A stretch of DNA of 57,943 nucleotides from Pirellulaceae bacterium (GTDB lineage Bacteria; Planctomycetota; Planctomycetia; Pirellulales; Pirellulaceae), in assembly GCA_028281725.1 (NCBI GenBank), contig JANQJJ010000102.1, positions 1-57,943 of the forward strand. Reading direction: 5' to 3'. Below are positions 9,156 through 18,315 of the stretch, in pieces. Every line of letters begins with the position of its first letter. Position 1 is the first letter of the stretch. The translations under genes were made by a program, and so were the position numbers. The notes under the pieces were generated by a model. The model was not told the origin of the DNA. It did not search any database and worked only from the letters and a program-made list of their open reading frames with translations.

Positions 9156-12100
9156 CTACTTTGCCAACAGCTCGGTAGGCACCGGCAGGCACTCCGTCCA
9201 CCACCGCATGTTTCTGGCGAGTGCCCTGTCCGAACGATACCAAGCCTCGGTTGGAAGCTCGGCGACCGCGCCCGAGACGAAATCGATGGTTTTGTTGCCA
9301 ATCACGCCGCGAATGCACTTGGTGGGCAAAGGGTGTTCGCGCGGGGTTCGCAATTCACCGTCAGGTCCAGCAAGCGTGCTTTGGAGTAACCGCTGGTTCA
9401 TTTCCTCGTGCGTGGCCCCAGCCGGGATGGGAACGGCCCGTAGAACCAGGAGATGGCTGGCGTGAGAAGGGCGCTCTGTCTGGTACGTACCGAGCAAGGG
9501 GCCTACGATACCGAGCAGCGACACGCCGGCCACGCGGTGGAACTGACCCCCTAGCAGGGACGCGGATACCTCGTACTGCCAACCCGATTGAAGGCAACTG
9601 ATCAGGTGAGACTGGAAATCCAGTGGCTCCGCGATCCCGGCCAGGATGTCCTGGTCGCCGGCCAGCGCGTTTTTGAACTCACGCTCGGTTTCACCCCCAT
9701 CGGTAAACTCTGCCTTGCCGGTAAGCGGTTGGAAGCCAATCAACCAGTGTCTCGGCGCGAGCGCGGATTCAATCATCGCCGATGCAATGGTAAAATGATC
9801 CACCAGCTGGCGGGCTAGCTCTTTGGAGGAAAGTTGGTCGGTCGACGTTCCCAGGCGTTGATCGCTAATGGCTGATCGTAGGTCTTCTTGAGCTAACCAG
9901 TCGCGCATCATGCGTTTGGAAGCCACGCCATCGGTGTCACGTCTCAACTTGGACGGAACCGGGGATGAATGATCCAGTCGTGGTTCGTCGCGTTGTCGCA
10001 AACGGAACTGCGAAGTCTTCAACAACTCCGAACATCGATACACCTGCTCCCGCAGCGCGTAGTAGGAAAGGTTGTGGTTCTTCTCACCAAGTTCTTCATC
10101 GATTTGTCGCAGCGGCTGAGCCAGTTCGCCTAGCCGCAGGTCGAGGCGTTGATAGAGTTCTTTGCCCACTTCGACCAGCTGCTCCAAGTCTGACAATCGG
10201 ACTTGCCGTCGGCGCGGAGCCATTTCGAGTTGGTTGACATCGCAGCTGAGCTGAGGTGCATCTTCCCGGTGGGTGATCTGTACCAAGGCCGGTTTGTCGA
10301 CTTGCATATCCGATAGGCAATCACCCAGTGGGCCGATGACCTCACGCTCCAGCATTCGCCTTACCGCCCGCGCTCCCAGCCGAGCGTCAAAGCCGGTTTG
10401 TATGACCTTCTTGATCGCCGCGGGCGCCACATGAACGAACACATGGCGACGCTTGATTCCATCCCGCGCCAGCACCTGGTCCAACTGAATACGAACGATT
10501 TTTTCCATGTCGGAAGGATCCAGGTTTCTAAACGCAACCACCTCATCAATCCGGTTAAAGAACTCGGGACGAAAGAACTGCTGGGCAGCTCGGGTGTAGA
10601 TCTGCGAGCGTCTCTCGGCCGTGATGTCGAATCCGAGACTAGAGTCTTGTCGGGATGCTCCCAGATTGCTGGTCATGATGATGATGGAGGATCGGAAATC
10701 GGCGACACGACCACGAGCATCCGTCAGGCGGCCTTCGCCCAGGACTTGCAGCAAGTAATCAAACACGTCCGGGTGGGCCTTCTCGATTTCGTCCAACAGG
10801 ATCACGCAGTTGGGTTGTCTGCGTACAGCCGAAGTCAACCTTCCCTCGGGTTGATCAAACGTGCCCACCAGCTGTTCCGCGGCCAGCGGAGTGGTCAACT
10901 CATTCATGTCGAGCCGAACCAGATGGGCTTCGTCGGTAAAGAGCAGTCGCGTGAGTGCCTTGGCCGCTTCCGTTTTGCCAACTCCTGTCGGGCCCAGCAA
11001 CAACAAGACTCCCAGAGGCCGGTCTGGTGGCTGGAGGTGTTGCGAGTAGCGGACCACGATACGACTGAGTGCGGCGACGGCTACCGGCTGTCCGATCAGT
11101 TGTTGGCCGAGCAGCTTTTGAATCGACTCCTGATTCCCCAAGCGATTCAGCAGAAACGTGAGGCTGGCGCCGACCTGAGTGCCCGCAAGCCGATAGACCG
11201 TGCGAAGTTCCACGACCTCCGACGCGTGCTTGGCCAGTGCCTTGGACATCTCGATGGCTTTGCCGGGAAACGCTTGATCGGGCGCGAAGATTTCCTGGTG
11301 ACGCATCATGAGCGGGATGGTCTCGGGATGAAAGAACCGCGCCGAACGAGCCTCGATGTTGTACGTGGCTTCCAACACCGTGGGGAGCGCATCGTCGGCG
11401 GAAAGTGTGGGTACGTGAACGAGATGAAAACGGTCGGCCAGCGCGCGATCGCGGCGGCGCAGGATGGCAAGTTGCTCGGCGGTGGACTCAGCTACAATCC
11501 GTACCCGATGCTCCGACAGATGGCTGCGAAGCACGTCGGCAGCGCTCAAGCTGCTGTCGCGAGTACGACCGGCAGTGAACAGCCCAACCAGATCATCGAA
11601 GTATAGAACATGATCTCGCTTCGTCGCTTCGCGCAGAATGGCCAGCCAGCGCTGCTCCCATTGGCCCAGGTACGACATCCCGCTGATCAACCTCTGGGGG
11701 GAAAGCCACCACACTTGAGGCTTGTGACCGCGGCGATCCCGAAATCTCTCCATCCGGCGGCGAATACACTCCTGAAGAATCGCCGTTTTGCCAACCGCAG
11801 GCGGGCCGACAACCAAGACTCCCTGCCGATCGTGCCGCTGAAGTAAGCGATCGATATCGTCAACCAGTTCAGTTCGACCGAGCGCCGGTTCGAAATCTGC
11901 CGCCAGGTCGTCCTGGCACTGTCCTACCTTGTGGAGCTCGTCGCTGCCGCTGGTTTTTCCATCACCAAACAGATCGGCCAAGATATTCTTCGACTTTTTC
12001 TTACCCCGGATGGCCGTTTCCACGTCAACTTCCAAGGGCTCAATCCACATATCACCTCGATCGCCAATCTCTTCCGTCGCCGACTCTTCACCGGCGGAGA

Positions 12101-12518
12101 TTCGTGCTTGAGCCCAGGCAGAGAAAACCTCGATGGCTCGCATCTCCAAGTCCACCAAGGAGTCGACTTCAAACGGCACGTCGGGAATCGATGGCGAGAA
12201 TGCAATGTGACGGCCAAACGCGGGTAACGTTGCCAGTAGAATCTTCCATCGGAGCGTTCTATCACGAAGTACCAGCGTGAGCTTGACCGATTTGGACGTG
12301 ATTTCAGGATCGTAATACCATGGGTTGACCTTGCCGGCCTGTCCCGACTCGATCCATTCATTGATCGCCTTCCGCATTTTGCTGCCGAGTTTTGACAGGG
12401 CGGTACTCAGCAGAGGATCGCGGGTGGTCAGTTGCGGGCCGCGTAGTGGCTGGCAAACATAGACGCTTCGCCCGGCTTCACGATCAACGGAAACGTAAAC
12501 ACTGAGGGTTAGTCGCAT
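9156..12518 (-). CDS. ClpA/ClpB-family double AAA+ ATPase with a long C-terminal extension (1120 aa)
   Basis: GPPAVGKT, LISGMSYLGQWEQR, DRALADRF, GPTGVGKT, RLDMNE, LLDEIEKAHP, TSNLGA..LGF, RPEFFNRID, GARAVRR; about 350 extra residues at the C-terminus. Confidence 0.88.
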   Translation of the reverse strand: MRLTLSVYVSVDREAGRSVYVCQPLRGPQLTTRDPLLSTALSKLGSKMRKAINEWIESGQAGKVNPWYYDPEITSKSVKLTLVLRDRTLRWKILLATLPAFGRHIAFSPSIPDVPFEVDSLVDLEMRAIEVFSAWAQARISAGEESATEEIGDRGDMWIEPLEVDVETAIRGKKKSKNILADLFGDGKTSGSDELHKVGQCQDDLAADFEPALGRTELVDDIDRLLQRHDRQGVLVVGPPAVGKTAILQECIRRRMERFRDRRGHKPQVWWLSPQRLISGMSYLGQWEQRWLAILREATKRDHVLYFDDLVGLFTAGRTRDSSLSAADVLRSHLSEHRVRIVAESTAEQLAILRRRDRALADRFHLVHVPTLSADDALPTVLEATYNIEARSARFFHPETIPLMMRHQEIFAPDQAFPGKAIEMSKALAKHASEVVELRTVYRLAGTQVGASLTFLLNRLGNQESIQKLLGQQLIGQPVAVAALSRIVVRYSQHLQPPDRPLGVLLLLGPTGVGKTEAAKALTRLLFTDEAHLVRLDMNELTTPLAAEQLVGTFDQPEGRLTSAVRRQPNCVILLDEIEKAHPDVFDYLLQVLGEGRLTDARGRVADFRSSIIIMTSNLGASRQDSSLGFDITAERRSQIYTRAAQQFFRPEFFNRIDEVVAFRNLDPSDMEKIVRIQLDQVLARDGIKRRHVFVHVAPAAIKKVIQTGFDARLGARAVRRMLEREVIGPLGDCLSDMQVDKPALVQITHREDAPQLSCDVNQLEMAPRRRQVRLSDLEQLVEVGKELYQRLDLRLGELAQPLRQIDEELGEKNHNLSYYALREQVYRCSELLKTSQFRLRQRDEPRLDHSSPVPSKLRRDTDGVASKRMMRDWLAQEDLRSAISDQRLGTSTDQLSSKELARQLVDHFTIASAMIESALAPRHWLIGFQPLTGKAEFTDGGETEREFKNALAGDQDILAGIAEPLDFQSHLISCLQSGWQYEVSASLLGGQFHRVAGVSLLGIVGPLLGTYQTERPSHASHLLVLRAVPIPAGATHEEMNQRLLQSTLAGPDGELRTPREHPLPTKCIRGVIGNKTIDFVSGAVAELPTEAWYRSDRALARNMRWWTECLPVPTELLAK

Positions 12519-12852
12519 CGGTTTGACAGGTCAATCGCTAGTGGCAAGGCCGAGTTTGCGGAAACCAAGTTTCCCGGTTCCCCTAGCCCGACGTTTGCGA
12601 GTTCCCTTGTCCAAAGCGCCTCAGGCCAGGGCATTCCATCGGGAGACAGCCACGAGGATACCGCTTTTTGTGGACGTGCGGGAGCAGCCGACAGGAACAT
12701 TGACAGCAATGCCCAGAATTGGGTTCGCCAGGTAGTTGGCCCCGGCCATCCGCTCCGATGAGGCTCTCATAGATACACGAATGACCTCGGAGCAGCATGC
12801 CGGGTATCTGACCGTCCGTTAAGAAAAGGCGTACCGAGTTGGCGTGCGGCTG

Positions 12853-14271
12853 TTAGGCCAGCCCGTATCGCTTGAGTCGTTCACGGAGCGTGCCGCGATG
12901 GATTCCGAGCAGTTCGGCAGCGGCAGCTCGATTGCCGGAGGTGGCTTCCAGGGCGGCCTCGAGCAGCGATGGCTCGACGACGGCTAGGAACCGATCATGC
13001 AGGTTCGACTCGCCATCGGCTCCCTGGCCGATCTCGTGGCGAGCCCAGGCACGGACCATCTCAGGTAGGTTTTCGACATTCATTTTTCCAGATATCGGAC
13101 TCCCTGCTGGCATGGGAGCGGGCAGGTGATCCACGCGAATCGGCTGGCCGCGACTGACGACCGCCGCATGCTCAATCGTGTTTCGCAGTTCGCGGACATT
13201 GCCGTGCCAGGGACGCTGCCTCAGCTCCCTGAGGACCTCCGGCGTTAGCTGTTTGGGGGAGACTTCCAGTCGAGCCAGACTCAGGAAATGATGAGCCAGC
13301 AACTCGATATCCTCCAGTCGCTCGCGAAGTGGTGGTGCATGGATCTCCACCGCGGCCAATCGAAAGTAGAGATCTCGCCGAAACTCGTCACGATCACTGG
13401 CAGCGCGCAGGTCGGCGTTGGTCGCAGCCAGGATGCGAACATCGGACTCTCGGGCGCGTCCGCCACCGACCGGAGTGAACTCACGTTGCTCCAGCACCCG
13501 CAGGAGTTTTACCTGAGTGTTCAGCGGTAGGTCGCCAATTTCGTCCAGCAGAATGGTCCCGCCGCCGGCTAGAGCAAACAATCCATCCCGATCTTCAGTC
13601 GCACCGGTAAACGCGCCGCGCGCATGGCCGAACAACTCGCTTTCGATTAGCGAAGGATTCAAGGCAACCGGTGCGATCGGCAAATAGGGGCCGGCTTTGC
13701 GGTGGCTGTTCTCGTGAATGGCTTTGGCGATCAGTTCTTTGCCGGTGCCGGTCTCACCGGTAATCAATACCGACAGATCGCTATCAGCAACCATGGCGAT
13801 CTGACGGTAGACCTTCTGCATCGCGGCGGATCTACCCACCAAGCTGCTGTTGGTATGGGCGCTGGATTCCGCGGCAGTCGCCAGCTCTTCCACCGGCGCC
13901 GACTGCTTTTTTAGCGCGGCGTGTAAGATCCGCAGCGCGTCCTCAATGCGAAAGGGCTTGGTCAGGTAATCCGCAGCTCCTTCACGCACCGCTCGGACCG
14001 CGGTTTCCAGGTCGCCAAAGGCGGTGATCACGATCACAGGCGCCTCGCCAATCGCTTCGCGAAACCTGGGCAGCGCGGACAGGCCATCTTCACCGGGGAG
14101 CCGCACGTCGAGCACTACCAACGCGGGCTTGGTCTCTTTGGCGAGCTCGAGTCCCTTTTCCGCTGAACCGGCCGTGAATACATGAAAACCTTCCTCTCCC
14201 AGCAGGCGCTCAAATCCCCAGCAAATCGCCGGTTCATCATCCACAATCAGAATTGGTGAACCGTTTGTCAT
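12853..14271 (-). CDS. Sigma-54-dependent response regulator (NtrC/AtoC family: REC-AAA+-Fis HTH)
   Basis: ILIVDDE and VVLDVRLP receiver motifs; [34 protein letters not shown]; C-terminal [17 protein letters not shown]. Confidence 0.93.
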   Translation of the reverse strand: MTNGSPILIVDDEPAICWGFERLLGEEGFHVFTAGSAEKGLELAKETKPALVVLDVRLPGEDGLSALPRFREAIGEAPVIVITAFGDLETAVRAVREGAADYLTKPFRIEDALRILHAALKKQSAPVEELATAAESSAHTNSSLVGRSAAMQKVYRQIAMVADSDLSVLITGETGTGKELIAKAIHENSHRKAGPYLPIAPVALNPSLIESELFGHARGAFTGATEDRDGLFALAGGGTILLDEIGDLPLNTQVKLLRVLEQREFTPVGGGRARESDVRILAATNADLRAASDRDEFRRDLYFRLAAVEIHAPPLRERLEDIELLAHHFLSLARLEVSPKQLTPEVLRELRQRPWHGNVRELRNTIEHAAVVSRGQPIRVDHLPAPMPAGSPISGKMNVENLPEMVRAWARHEIGQGADGESNLHDRFLAVVEPSLLEAALEATSGNRAAAAELLGIHRGTLRERLKRYGLA

Positions 14272-14412
14272 GTCATCTGAGCCGTTACCGAGGAAGAGTC
14301 AGGTCACAGCAGTCCATTGTCGCTCGGAAGGCCGACGATTACGAGCTATCTGACAGGATTTCTTACGTTGGACCGGCCAGTTTGACCGTAAGTGCGCTAG
14401 CGCGATGCCCGG

Positions 14413-14961
14413 TCAGAGCTTGCCGTCGAGTCCGCGCTGGTAGTACTTGTGCGTGATTTTGTCCTGGTTCTCCAGCAACCAGTCGATCGAAGGTTCGTGA
14501 TGCATGGCTTTGTGAATGGCCAGGGCCATCGCCTTGCGGTGGATCTCAAACAACGCTTTGTGATCGAGTTTTTTGTCGGTCGCAGCGCCGGGGTTCAACC
14601 ATACCGAGCAGATGATGCCCAGGTCGTCGGCCTTGTCCCGCGGAATATCACCGGCGCGAACCGCGTCGAGTACGCCATTGGCGATCGCCGCCTGAACCGT
14701 ACCCATCAGAATGTTGGTGTAGGCGCTACTCTTGACCGTGACTTTACTGACCATCAGCGTTACGGGGCGCACCTGGATATCGGTGTCGAGTATGGCGAAC
14801 ACCTTGGAGTGACCTGCGGCCTGATCGCCTGTCAATGTGGCCAGCGCCGTACCGACGGGGCCATCGAGTTCGCCGATGACAACTTCGGGCTCCGCCGCGG
14901 TAAAAGGCGGTCCGCCGGCAACCAGACTCTCACCAGTCCGCATGACGATTCGCTCACTCAT
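14413..14961 (-). CDS. fae: Formaldehyde-activating enzyme (H4MPT-dependent) family protein
   Basis: GESLV, GPVGTALA, GHSKVFAIL, RPVTLMVSKVT, GTVQAAIANGVLDAVRAGDIP, IICSVW; AAGGTAG upstream of the ATG. Confidence 0.85.
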   Translation of the reverse strand: MSERIVMRTGESLVAGGPPFTAAEPEVVIGELDGPVGTALATLTGDQAAGHSKVFAILDTDIQVRPVTLMVSKVTVKSSAYTNILMGTVQAAIANGVLDAVRAGDIPRDKADDLGIICSVWLNPGAATDKKLDHKALFEIHRKAMALAIHKAMHHEPSIDWLLENQDKITHKYYQRGLDGKL

Positions 14962-15204
14962 CTAACTACCTTCTTTCTCTGGTCTTCGCTCAAGAAAAGT
15001 CACTTTGAAAACATCGTATTGGGAAGGTCAGTAACTTAGTTGCTGAGGACTTCCCTGCAAAGGGTGGTGCGGTTGTTGTTCAAGCCGGCGGATCCAACTT
15101 GCCCGCGACCTACAGTTCCAGGCAAGCAAACCGTTGCTTCTGGAGCGGTTTTCTTTTTTGCTTTGAATGATTTCCGAAAGCTGGACCTTGGGGAAACGTG
15201 GACG

Positions 15205-15220
15205 CGCAGGCCGTCTGCCA
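15205..15220 (-). promoter_or_regulatory. Possible sigma-54 (-24/-12) promoter upstream of fae
   Basis: Minus strand reads TGGCAGACGGCCTGCG, i.e. GG-N10-GC with two mismatches to TGGCAC-N5-TTGC. It could be a chance match in GC-rich DNA. Confidence 0.25.
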
Positions 15221-15276
15221 GCGCGGCTGACGCTGGCACGTGGCATCAGACGCCTCGGCTTGTACGGCGCCCCGGA

Positions 15277-15314
15277 TTGCAGAGCATCTCGAAAATTGCA
15301 CAGCATCTCGAAAA
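15277..15314 (+). repeat. Tandem 19-bp direct repeat in the fae/SDR divergent intergenic region
   Basis: TTGCAGAGCATCTCGAAAA followed immediately by TTGCACAGCATCTCGAAAA (18/19 identical), just upstream of the SDR RBS. Confidence 0.85.
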
Positions 15315-15334
15315 CTGGACAGGGGGAGCAGCAG

Positions 15335-16039
15335 ATGCAGAACAAGAATTTGGTCGTCGTCGGTGGCAGCCATGGGATCGGATTGGGGATCGTCCAGCAG
15401 GCAATGGCCCGTGGTGCGGAGGTGACGGTTGTTTCGCGCAGCTCGGGCCAGTTGGCCGCGACAGCCGGCATTCGACATATCATTGCAGACGTTACCGACG
15501 ATGAGGTCGACGCGTCCGCCCTGCCGGAGTCGATCGACGGATTCGCCTATTGTCCGGGATCGATCAACTTGGGGCCTTTGCGGTCGGTCGAAGCGGGGAG
15601 GATACGGCAGGATTTCGAGCTGAACGTCGTGGGCGCGGTGAAGTGGTTTCAAGCGGTAGCGCCCGCCCTGCGCAGGTCGGATGGGGCCAGTGCTGTCTTT
15701 TTCAGTACGGTTGCTGTGGCGCAAGGTATGCCCATGCATACATCCGTCGCGGCGGCCAAGGGAGCCATTGAAGGACTGACACGAACTTGGGCAGCCGAAC
15801 TTTCGCCGCAGGTCCGTGTGAACTGTGTCGCACCCGCTCTGACGGCAACTCCCTTGAGTGAGAGGTTTCTTGAAACAGAAGAGAAACGCGCGGCCATGGC
15901 TTCCAAGTATCCGCTGCGCCGCGTTGGAGAGATCGACGACATTGCCGGGACAGCGCTATTTTTATTGTCGGAGCAAAGTAGCTGGATGACTGGGCAGGTT
16001 CTCGCGGTAGATGGGGGGATGTCGAGTGTCAGAAAGTAA
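15335..16039 (+). CDS. Short-chain dehydrogenase/reductase (SDR)
   Basis: VVGGSHGIG, FSTVA, AKGAIEGLTR, RVNCVAP, WMTGQVLAVDGG; GGGGAG RBS before ATG 15335. Confidence 0.92.
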   Translation: MQNKNLVVVGGSHGIGLGIVQQAMARGAEVTVVSRSSGQLAATAGIRHIIADVTDDEVDASALPESIDGFAYCPGSINLGPLRSVEAGRIRQDFELNVVGAVKWFQAVAPALRRSDGASAVFFSTVAVAQGMPMHTSVAAAKGAIEGLTRTWAAELSPQVRVNCVAPALTATPLSERFLETEEKRAAMASKYPLRRVGEIDDIAGTALFLLSEQSSWMTGQVLAVDGGMSSVRK

Positions 16040-16092
16040 CTCCTTGCAAATAGTTAACCTGTGCGTAAAGCGAATCCGTAGAGACATTCCTC

Positions 16093-16470
16093 GTGAAATT
16101 TTCTGACGAAGAGCTGGAATTGGCTCAGCTATTCAAGGCATTTGGCTTGCCGTGGACGCCGGCCTGCGGTCACTACCTGCTGGATCAAAGTGAGTTGATC
16201 GAGTGCGAATCCCCCTTTCAGGATCGCGTGTTCTTCATCCTGGACTTAAAGCACTTTCTTCGGCGTTCCGGGACACTCGAGCAGTTGAAAGAGCGAGTTT
16301 GCTGGCTTCCAGACTGGCACGATGCCCGCGAGATTCTCAAGCAACTGGAAGTTGGCTCGTGCGAAATTGCCAAGCATCTGGCTTCAACCCAAGCCATTGA
16401 GTCGGGAACGGAGCGGCTGGAACTATACCGTCTGATCGAACAGCGGCTGACAGGCGACCTGGGACTGTAG
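16093..16470 (+). CDS. Hypothetical protein (125 aa)
   Basis: GTG start just after the SDR gene; natural-looking composition (WTPACGHY...WLPDWHDAREIL); fills the gap before the convergent CRTAC1 gene. Confidence 0.7.
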   Translation: MKFSDEELELAQLFKAFGLPWTPACGHYLLDQSELIECESPFQDRVFFILDLKHFLRRSGTLEQLKERVCWLPDWHDAREILKQLEVGSCEIAKHLASTQAIESGTERLELYRLIEQRLTGDLGL

Positions 16471-16556
16471 TGGTCCCTGCCCAAGCCGTCGCAGGCTTCG
16501 GGCGGGCACGAGGGCGAGCCGGCCGGTGGATGGTCTGCCAACGCAAATCTCCACCC

Positions 16557-18290
16557 TCAATCCTGGACGATGTTCAAAATCTGGTTCGTAGCCACGTTGT
16601 CGATGACTTGCTCTTCGCCGGTAGGCCAGCGTATTGTTAGCTTGCCGGTGCCGCTGGTCTCCCCTAACCCAAAATGCAGACGCTGGCCGTAGCTACTTTG
16701 GTACCCGCGACCGCTGTGCACTTCATCGACCAAAGACGTTCCGTCGAACTCTAGTGTGACTTTGGCGCCCGTTCCATCGCGGCACGCGTTTCTCCCGTGC
16801 AGCCGGATTTGCAGCCAATTTCCTGAAGGCTTGGTCTCATTGCGCAAGACCGTTGGTCGCGACAGCGAGTTGAGAATCATGACATCGACATCACCATCGT
16901 TGTCAAAATCATCGGTTACTAGACCACGGCTACTTTCGATGGGCTTCAAGCCGCTACCGCTTTCCTCGGAAATGTTCTTGAACTGGCCGTTTCCGAGATT
17001 CAATAACAGCGTGTTCGCTACTTTCCAAGCGGTGGTATATGCCCATCGGTTCACGTTGGGATCGACATGGCCATTGGCAACCACCAAGTCCCGGTCTCCG
17101 TCGTTGTCCACATCAAAGAACGAAGTGCCCCAATTGGCATGAGGCATCATGCCGCTACCGGCTCCGCTGGCCAGCGTGACATCCACGAAGTTGCCAAAGC
17201 CGTCATTGCGATACAAGACCGGCAGATCGTTGCTGAAGGTCGTGGTGAAGAAATCCAATTGCCCGTCATTGTTGTAGTCGGCACAGTCGACGCCCATATT
17301 GCCGTTGCGCTGCGCATCGTGAGAGAAGGCGATTCCGCGTTGGATACCTACTTCCTCAAAGTTTCCCGTGCCGTCATTCTCGAACAGCAGGTTTCGTTCG
17401 ACGTCATTGACAACCAAAACGTCCGTATCCTTATCATCATCGTAGTCAGCCGCAATGACTCCCATCGAAGTTGTCGCGACCGATGAGATACCTGAAGCGG
17501 CGCTGCGATCGCTAAAACTTCCATCGCCATCGTTGTGAAAGAAGAAATCGACTTCGGGATCAAAATCCAGTGGTCCCGGGTAGCTGGGATACCCGTCCGT
17601 TGTATGTTCCGTATTGTCCTCTACGGGCCTTTGGACATAGTTGCCGACGTAGAGATCGAGCAGTCCATTTCCGTCGGAGTCGAGAAAGCATGCGCCCGCG
17701 CCGAGTTCTTGCCCGCCCGCGACGCTGGCCAAGTTGGTCACGTCCATAAAAGTACCGTCTCCATTGTTCCTGTAGAGTTTGTTTGGTCCGTAGTTGTTGA
17801 CGAAGATATCGGGGAATCCGTCATTGTCGAAATCAGCCACCGCGACCCCCGTGCTGAAACCCAGGTCATCGGCCGCGCACTGCTCAGTCACGTTCGTGAA
17901 GCGCATGGCTCCCAGGTTCCGGTACAGAGCATTAGGGGGATGCTGGCCGTCTTCGGCGTGGACCGGTGCGCCACTGAGAAAATAGACGTCGATCAACCCG
18001 TCCGAATCGAAGTCGAGTGTCGCCATGCCGGAGGCGACGGGCTCCACGACATACCGCTGCCCGTGCCCATCGTAGCTATGCACAAAGTCGATCTGAGATT
18101 CAGCAGAAAAGTCAGTCAGTACTACGGAAAAGACACTGTCACCAGATGCTTCGTCCACCCAAGGCTCAGCCGCATCCGTATCGTGATCAGGTCGTGGGCG
18201 GGCTTCGTCGCGATCGGACCGGACGCAGGCGCTGCATAGTATGAGAGAGAATGCTGGCACTACGATTGTCAACGATTCAAAATTTTGCAA
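16557..18290 (-). CDS. CRTAC1-family protein (FG-GAP/VCBS repeats + ASPIC/UnbV), possible lipoprotein
   Basis: Repeated DFDxDG/DYDxD motifs, LYRNNGDGTF, SRGLVTDDFDNDGDVD, C-terminal GRGYQSS..RLHFGLG; N-terminal hydrophobic stretch ending in SAC. Confidence 0.9.
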   Translation of the reverse strand: MQNFESLTIVVPAFSLILCSACVRSDRDEARPRPDHDTDAAEPWVDEASGDSVFSVVLTDFSAESQIDFVHSYDGHGQRYVVEPVASGMATLDFDSDGLIDVYFLSGAPVHAEDGQHPPNALYRNLGAMRFTNVTEQCAADDLGFSTGVAVADFDNDGFPDIFVNNYGPNKLYRNNGDGTFMDVTNLASVAGGQELGAGACFLDSDGNGLLDLYVGNYVQRPVEDNTEHTTDGYPSYPGPLDFDPEVDFFFHNDGDGSFSDRSAASGISSVATTSMGVIAADYDDDKDTDVLVVNDVERNLLFENDGTGNFEEVGIQRGIAFSHDAQRNGNMGVDCADYNNDGQLDFFTTTFSNDLPVLYRNDGFGNFVDVTLASGAGSGMMPHANWGTSFFDVDNDGDRDLVVANGHVDPNVNRWAYTTAWKVANTLLLNLGNGQFKNISEESGSGLKPIESSRGLVTDDFDNDGDVDVMILNSLSRPTVLRNETKPSGNWLQIRLHGRNACRDGTGAKVTLEFDGTSLVDEVHSGRGYQSSYGQRLHFGLGETSGTGKLTIRWPTGEEQVIDNVATNQILNIVQD

Positions 18291-18315
18291 CGGCAGGGCC
18301 CTTTTGAGTGGAAAC

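Noticed and set aside
15234-15250. TGGCACG on the plus strand as a sigma-54 promoter for the SDR gene
   Set aside because: The -24 element is perfect, but there is no GC at the required -12 spacing.
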